Below are positions 58,684 to 64,000 of a stretch of DNA of 64,000 nucleotides, piece after piece. Source of the DNA: Cladosporium halotolerans (taxonomy: Eukaryota); contig NW_027191481.1 in assembly GCF_011745625.1 (NCBI RefSeq), forward strand, positions 124,001-188,000, given 5' to 3'. The notes under the pieces were generated by a model, which saw only the letters and a list, made by a program, of their open reading frames with translations, ran no database searches and had not been told where the DNA came from. Numbering within the stretch: the stretch's first letter is position 1; the number at the start of each line of letters is the position of its first letter. A program made the position numbers and the translations under genes.

Positions 58684-60656
58684 ATGGCTGAAGGTTCGTC
58701 AAGGTCAGAAGTTGGGCAAGCTCCTACAGCCTCGGCTGGCAAACCGATCCCAAACATCCGCGAGGAGTCCTTGACGAACACGTCCGGGAGCACCACATCG
58801 GATCAAAACGATGTAGTGCAGGATAAATCGCCTGGTATTGCCAGGATTGAAGCGATCAACAGAAATCTCACTCGTGCGGATCGCATTAGCCTGTTCATTG
58901 GTGTCTTCCTGATCGCCTATGCGTATGGATTGGATGGGACTATTAGAGCCACTTATCAGGTACGAGAGCGAAGCTACATGGCTGGGGACAATCGACTGAT
59001 TGAATTGACTCGTAGGCCACTGCATTGGCGGACTTCGAGAACCACTCTCTCATCTCGACCATCAACGTCGTCCGTACAGTCATCGCCGCCGCAGCTCAGC
59101 CCACAGCGGCCAAGATTGCCGATGTCTTCGGCCGTCTCGAGCTCGTCTACGTCTCGGTGGCTTTCTACGTCGTCGGAACGATCATTGAAACCTTTTCTCA
59201 CTCCGTGAGCACTTTCTGCGCAGGAGCCGTGATTTACCAGATCGGCTTGACCGTCGTCACCTTCCTCGTCGAGGTCATCGTCGCGGATATCAGCTCGCTT
59301 CGATCGCGTCTACTATGGTCTTATATTGCTGCGACCCCATTCATCATTAACACTTGGGTGAGTGGCGATGTTGCTCAAGCTGTGCTTAGAACGACATCGT
59401 GGAGGTGGGGTGTTGGCATGTGGGCTATCATTTACCCTGTCATGGCGATTCCATTGATCGCGTCGCTACTCCTGGCTGCGCGCCGCGCGAGGAAATCCGG
59501 CGACCTCGATGGTCACAAAACACTGCGTCGTCAGATTGGTTTCAAGAAGCTGATCATCAGTCTTTTCTGGCAACTGGGTAAGTCAGACTCAGGCTTAGGC
59601 AATCGCAAATGACCACTCAGCCTCACGGACATACTGACCAGCGAACCTCCAGACCTCATCGGTGTCCTCCTTGTCATCGTAACCTTCGCCCTGATCCTCG
59701 TCCCTTTTACCCTCGCTGGTGGCCAGACCCAATCCTGGGCCAGCGCACGCATCCTCGCGCCCCTCATAATCGGCCTCGCCCTGATCCCAGCCTTCATCCT
59801 CTGGGAACGCCGCGCGCCGCATCCTCTCGTCCCCTTCCCCCTCCTCACGGACCGCAGCGTCTGGGGCGCCCTCGGCCTCGCATGCATGCTCAACTTCGCA
59901 TGGTACTTGCAGGGCGACTACCTCTACACGATCCTGGTCGTGGCCTTCGACGCCTCCGTGTCTGCCGCGACCCGCATCGCGTCCCTCTACAGCTTCGTCT
60001 CCGTCCTCACGGGCGTAGGCTTATCCCTCCTCGTCCGCTTCCGCATCCCCTACCTCAAGCCCTTCGTCGTCTTCGGCACCCTAATGTTTCTCCTCGCTTT
60101 CGGCCTGCTCATCCACTTCCGCAACGGCGCTCTCGGCAATGCCTACGCAGGCGTCATCGCCGCCCAGTGCGTGCTCGGCTTCGCAGGCGGCTTGTTCCCG
60201 TATCCCACTCAAGTCCTCATTCAGGCCGCCGCACCCCACGAGCACCTCGCGCTGCTCACGGGGCTGTACCTGGCGTTCTACAGCATCGGGTCCGCCCTGG
60301 GCAACGCTGTGAGTGGCGCGATCTGGACGCAGATTTTGCCCGAGAGGTTGAGGGCGGAGCTGGGTGGCGATGGGTCGACGGCGGAGATGGCGTACTCGGA
60401 TCCGTTCGGGTTTGTGGCGGAGTTTCCGGTCGGGACGATGGAGCGCGCGGCGGTCGTGAGGGCGTATGCGGGCGCGCAGAGGGTGTTGTGTATCACGGGC
60501 ATTTGTCTTTGCGTGGTTTTGGTGGGGTTTGCGAGTGTGTTGAGGAATCCGAGGTTGGGGGTGGAACAGAGCTTAGTGGAAACTGATGGGAAGGTGAAGA
60601 GAGATGCAGCTGGAATGATGAGCGGAAGGAGGAATGGAGGGCGCGAGGAGGATTGA
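58684..60656 (+). CDS. MFS siderophore-iron transporter (Sit1/Arn/Mir family), 3 exons
   Basis: [52 protein letters not shown] and [16 protein letters not shown]. Introns at about 58960-59015 and 59578-59652. Confidence 0.93.
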
Positions 60657-61044
60657 AGGGGTTAGTCGAGGTCGAAGTGGGGCATCTTTTGAATTGTAGT
60701 TGAAGACAAGGGCGGTTGCATTGTAGAGAGGGGGAGGTCGCATGCGAAGCCCTTCATGTGTATATTAGATTGTCAGACACGCAATGGCGATCTAAGCTTA
60801 CCTCATGAATGACCTCCGCTGCATAACGCTAAAGAGATGAATGAGGGCCAGGCAATGAAAGCGATCACATGGAACCGAGTTGGCTTGAGTTACGCGAAGG
60901 AAAAGTGGCACCAGATATTTCGAGATGTTTTTGGGATTTACTACTTAATTAAATAGGCCATCCGATTGAGATGCCTTCAGTACTTCATGACCGTTGCCTT
61001 CGTGAAAAACTCGGGAAACTCATTCATGCCTCAGGTGAGAGCAT

Positions 61045-61368
61045 TTAGATGCCCTCCTTGTTGGCCTTGGCGGAGCCCTCGTGCTTCTTCTCGTCGATCT
61101 TGTCGCCAGCGGCGTCAAGGGCGCCAGAGGCGCGGTCGGAGAGAGAGTCAGAGCCGGGAACGTTGCCCTTGGCCTGCTCCTTGTTGGCCTCCTTGGAGGC
61201 GGTGGCGGAGCTGCCCTGGATGGTCTCGGAGACGTAGTTGGCGGCGTTCTAAGAGGAAAGTTAGATGATGTGGGAGAATGGCACCATGCGAAGAGGTCGT
61301 ACCTTGGCGGAGTTGACGGCCTGGCCGACAATACCCTCGTTGGGGCCGTTGGCGTTGGGAGCAGACAT
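61045..61368 (-). CDS. grg1: Glucose-repressible Grg1/Ccg-1-like small hydrophilic protein, 2 exons
   Basis: MSAPNANGPNEGIVGQAVNSAK|NAANYVSETIQGSSATASKEANKEQAKG...AAGDKIDEKKHEGSAKANKEGI*, with intron 61249-61302. Confidence 0.88.
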
Positions 61369-61512
61369 GTTGATGGAGGTGGTTGGTTGGTTGTTTTGTG
61401 AAAGGTGTTTGTGATTGATGAAGTTGCTTGTGTGTGATGAGGATCGGGTTGGAGGAAGAGATGGAGGGGAAGGGGTAAATAAAGGGTTCGATGGAGGGGC
61501 ACGAAGGGCACT

Positions 61513-61846
61513 TGACGTACTTGCCTGTTGCGGGGCCAGTCGCGCCCGCATTCCGAGAAGTGAAGTCGATCGCACCGATCATGTGAAGATGACCGCTTGT
61601 GACGTCGTTAAGCCCCGCAAATCATGACGTACTTTGTACAATGAACGGCTTCAGCGTTCTAGACACCTGCGAACAGGGGCTCATGCAAACAATGGCGTGC
61701 ACAACTGCGGGCGCCTATTCGCGGCTGGACGTGGCCCGCCGACGCACATCTCCATAGCTCGCCATGCCATTCTATCTCGTTGCCGTGTGATGTACATTCA
61801 GGGTCATGCCATTCTGCACAATGCTGGCCCGTCGTGGGGTCTGGAG
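61513..61846. promoter_or_regulatory. grg1 upstream region with CRE (TGACGT) and CreA-type (SYGGRG) motifs
   Basis: TGACGT at 61513, 61600 and 61625. SYGGRG at 61530, 61613 (reverse), 61834 and 61841. Confidence 0.5.
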
Positions 61847-62987
61847 TGCCCATCTTTAACACAGCCATACAGCAAAGACGCGTCTTCACACGGTCGACGT
61901 CACATCTCATTTACTGCGTGCTTCTCCTTGCTTCTTTAGCTGCGCGAATTATATTGTTGGATCGCATCCACCGTCCGAGCGCCATGATCCAGCCACATCT
62001 CGACTCGACTAGCCATCTCGAACCTTCGCGCTCGGCCTAGCCCAGCCATCGCGGTCTCACTTCGTGGTCACGCGCCGCTGTGGCCGGATGATGTGCTCTC
62101 GGAGCCTAGCGAGATATCGAAAGGACACGTGGTGTGACAGGAAAGCTTGGGAGCTGCAGGTACACTTTCGTGCGAACCCTCAATCCACAACGGTGACGCC
62201 ATACGTCAGCTTCCGCACGGCAGAGAACGAGACGGGCGGCCCTGATGGGTCTCAAACTTTGGTCGAGTCCTAATGCTATCGTGGAATCGCTCCTGTAGTT
62301 TGGAACCTTTCGAGGTAATCTTACTTGACATGATGCCTTCGCGTGTTTCTGTAGCATGCGTTGCTCTGCATGAGAACACTTTCCGTCGCAAATCTCACTG
62401 TTTGTTCTGATTGAGAGTCCTAATTGTTTCGCTGCTGGCCTGAGGTCCAGTGGTTGAATGGCATCGATGAGAGGCAGTGGGGCGGACGCGCGCTACAGTA
62501 TTTGTCAGATAATCTCAACCAAGCGAGATCAGCAGCATTACTGAGGGTACCCTCCTCCTGCGTACGACTGCTTGTGCCGTTTATCAAGGCTACGTACGTT
62601 CATCCACCATGACTTGCGCCAAGGGAATAATTCCACCAGCGGGTAGAGTCAAGGTGTAGATCACCGCTCCAAGGCGATCTCGCAAGATAGTTGCTGTGCA
62701 TGGCGCGAGGGCAACGTTCCAGACCTTTCGACTTGTTGGCGGATGTTGCTCTCGTTCCAATCGTATTGACTGTGGTCGTCCACAATGCTTGTGAGTATGT
62801 GGATATGTCGAAACCAGTTGTTGGGAACCATTGATACAGCTGAGAGGACATTTTCCCATGCGCACAGCTATTCGTCTATCTCGCAGTGGAGACAACATGG
62901 ACTTCTCCGTACGGAACGCCCACTGGCCGAAATTCATACTTCAATTCCATCACTCCATCTCCCATGTCACGAAATCTTCGTCGCATC

Positions 62988-63647
62988 CTACAACTTCGCC
63001 TCCCCATTGATCACATCCTTCAGCAACTTCAGCCCCTCCACCGCAAATTGCACCATGTTCGCCACTCTATCGCCACCCCACCCCGTCTTCACCTCCCTCA
63101 CAAAAGTCCCCCTCTCGCAATCCACCGCCAGCGCAACATATCCGGGTGTGCGATTCGGCGTGTTCCCACCCGTAGGTCCCGCCGTCCCGCTCTCAGCAAG
63201 CGTGTACGTGCTCTTCAGATCTTTCCGTACGTGCTGGGCCAGCCCGGACACGATGTCCGTTGTCGGGCCCGTGTAAGATGCGATACTCTCCTGCGTCCAA
63301 CCAGCGTAGGCGATGCGGGATGGCAGGGTGTAGAGCGTCAGGCCGCCGGCGTAGATTTTGGAGGCGCCCGGGCCGGAGAGGAGGGAGCTGCTGATGAGGC
63401 CACCGGCGGCGGTTTCGGCGACGGCGATTGTTTCGTTGCGGGACTTCAGTAGGGTGGTGACTTCTTCTAGGATAGGCTGGAGGGCGGAGGGAGGGAAGTC
63501 GCTGGTGGTTGATACGGACATCTTCGCGATAAGACGGGTTTTTGGTGATTTTGATTGGAATGAGGATGCACTGAGGGTAGGAGGAAGTCCTTGAGTTGTG
63601 AAATTTGCCAAAAGTGATGATCTGGGACGCTGGAATAGACGAAGCAT
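62988..63647 (-). CDS. CinA C-terminal domain (PncC/NMN deamidase-like) protein
   Basis: ETIAVAETAAGGLISSSL, GASKIYAGG, AESGTAGPTGG and GDRVANM. In-frame ATGs at 63647 and 63521. The C-terminus is -AKL. Confidence 0.85.
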   Translation of the reverse strand: MLRLFQRPRSSLLANFTTQGLPPTLSASSFQSKSPKTRLIAKMSVSTTSDFPPSALQPILEEVTTLLKSRNETIAVAETAAGGLISSSLLSGPGASKIYAGGLTLYTLPSRIAYAGWTQESIASYTGPTTDIVSGLAQHVRKDLKSTYTLAESGTAGPTGGNTPNRTPGYVALAVDCERGTFVREVKTGWGGDRVANMVQFAVEGLKLLKDVINGEAKL

Positions 63648-64000
63648 GAATATAATCCTAAAATTTCGATGTGAGCTACTACGCGTATAGGGTATATAGA
63701 AGACGACCCGCGCTGCTGTGATTATCAATCAATGTTGACGATTACATTGATGTTCGCAGCACATCGTGCCGTCACCTGGTCGGCGAGCGGAGTCGTACGC
63801 GGGGCTTATCGCCGCGCTAAACGCGCGATAATGCACGATAAAGCGGCCCGCAACCGACAGGCCGAGAAGCCGACGACTTTTTGAGATCTCCCAGAAAATC
63901 CGCCCTAGTTCTCGACATGGACTATCTCTCGCCATGGTACGTCTCGCCCTGTGTCGCGTAAGAAGACGATGTCGCAGATACTAACAGCTCCTGTAGAAAA

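Overview
Filamentous ascomycete genomic DNA with short GT-AG introns and CTRAC-like branch points. The gene repertoire suggests Dothideomycetes, possibly Mycosphaerellales (inference). About 25 protein-coding loci are supported. Core genes are cytosolic AspRS (5'-truncated), condensin Cnd1/Ycs4 head-to-head with Cdc7, Sec24, an Ash1-type SET methyltransferase, a siderophore MFS transporter, Grg1/Ccg-1 and a CinA-like protein. An accessory-looking block (about 7.8-38.6 kb) holds two MFS transporters, a decayed BAHD/Tri101-like acyltransferase, an F-box-like protein, a secreted beta-helix protein, a divergent PDR-ABC transporter/Zn2Cys6 factor pair, two related small secreted proteins (one with tandem CBM1), an SDR, a secreted amidohydrolase, an arylsulfotransferase and a PLC-like phosphodiesterase. 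The most striking unexplained items are (i) a 994-aa secreted Pro-rich-stalk protein ending in a cationic, Trp-rich amphipathic domain that looks membrane-active, (ii) two small secreted proteins sharing a leader plus a [14 protein letters not shown] motif but with different C-terminal modules, (iii) a coiled coil with 15/19-residue periodicity, and (iv) a start codon split by an intron. No rRNA, tRNA, CRISPR array or recognisable transposon was seen by eye. All family calls come from motif recognition, not database searches.
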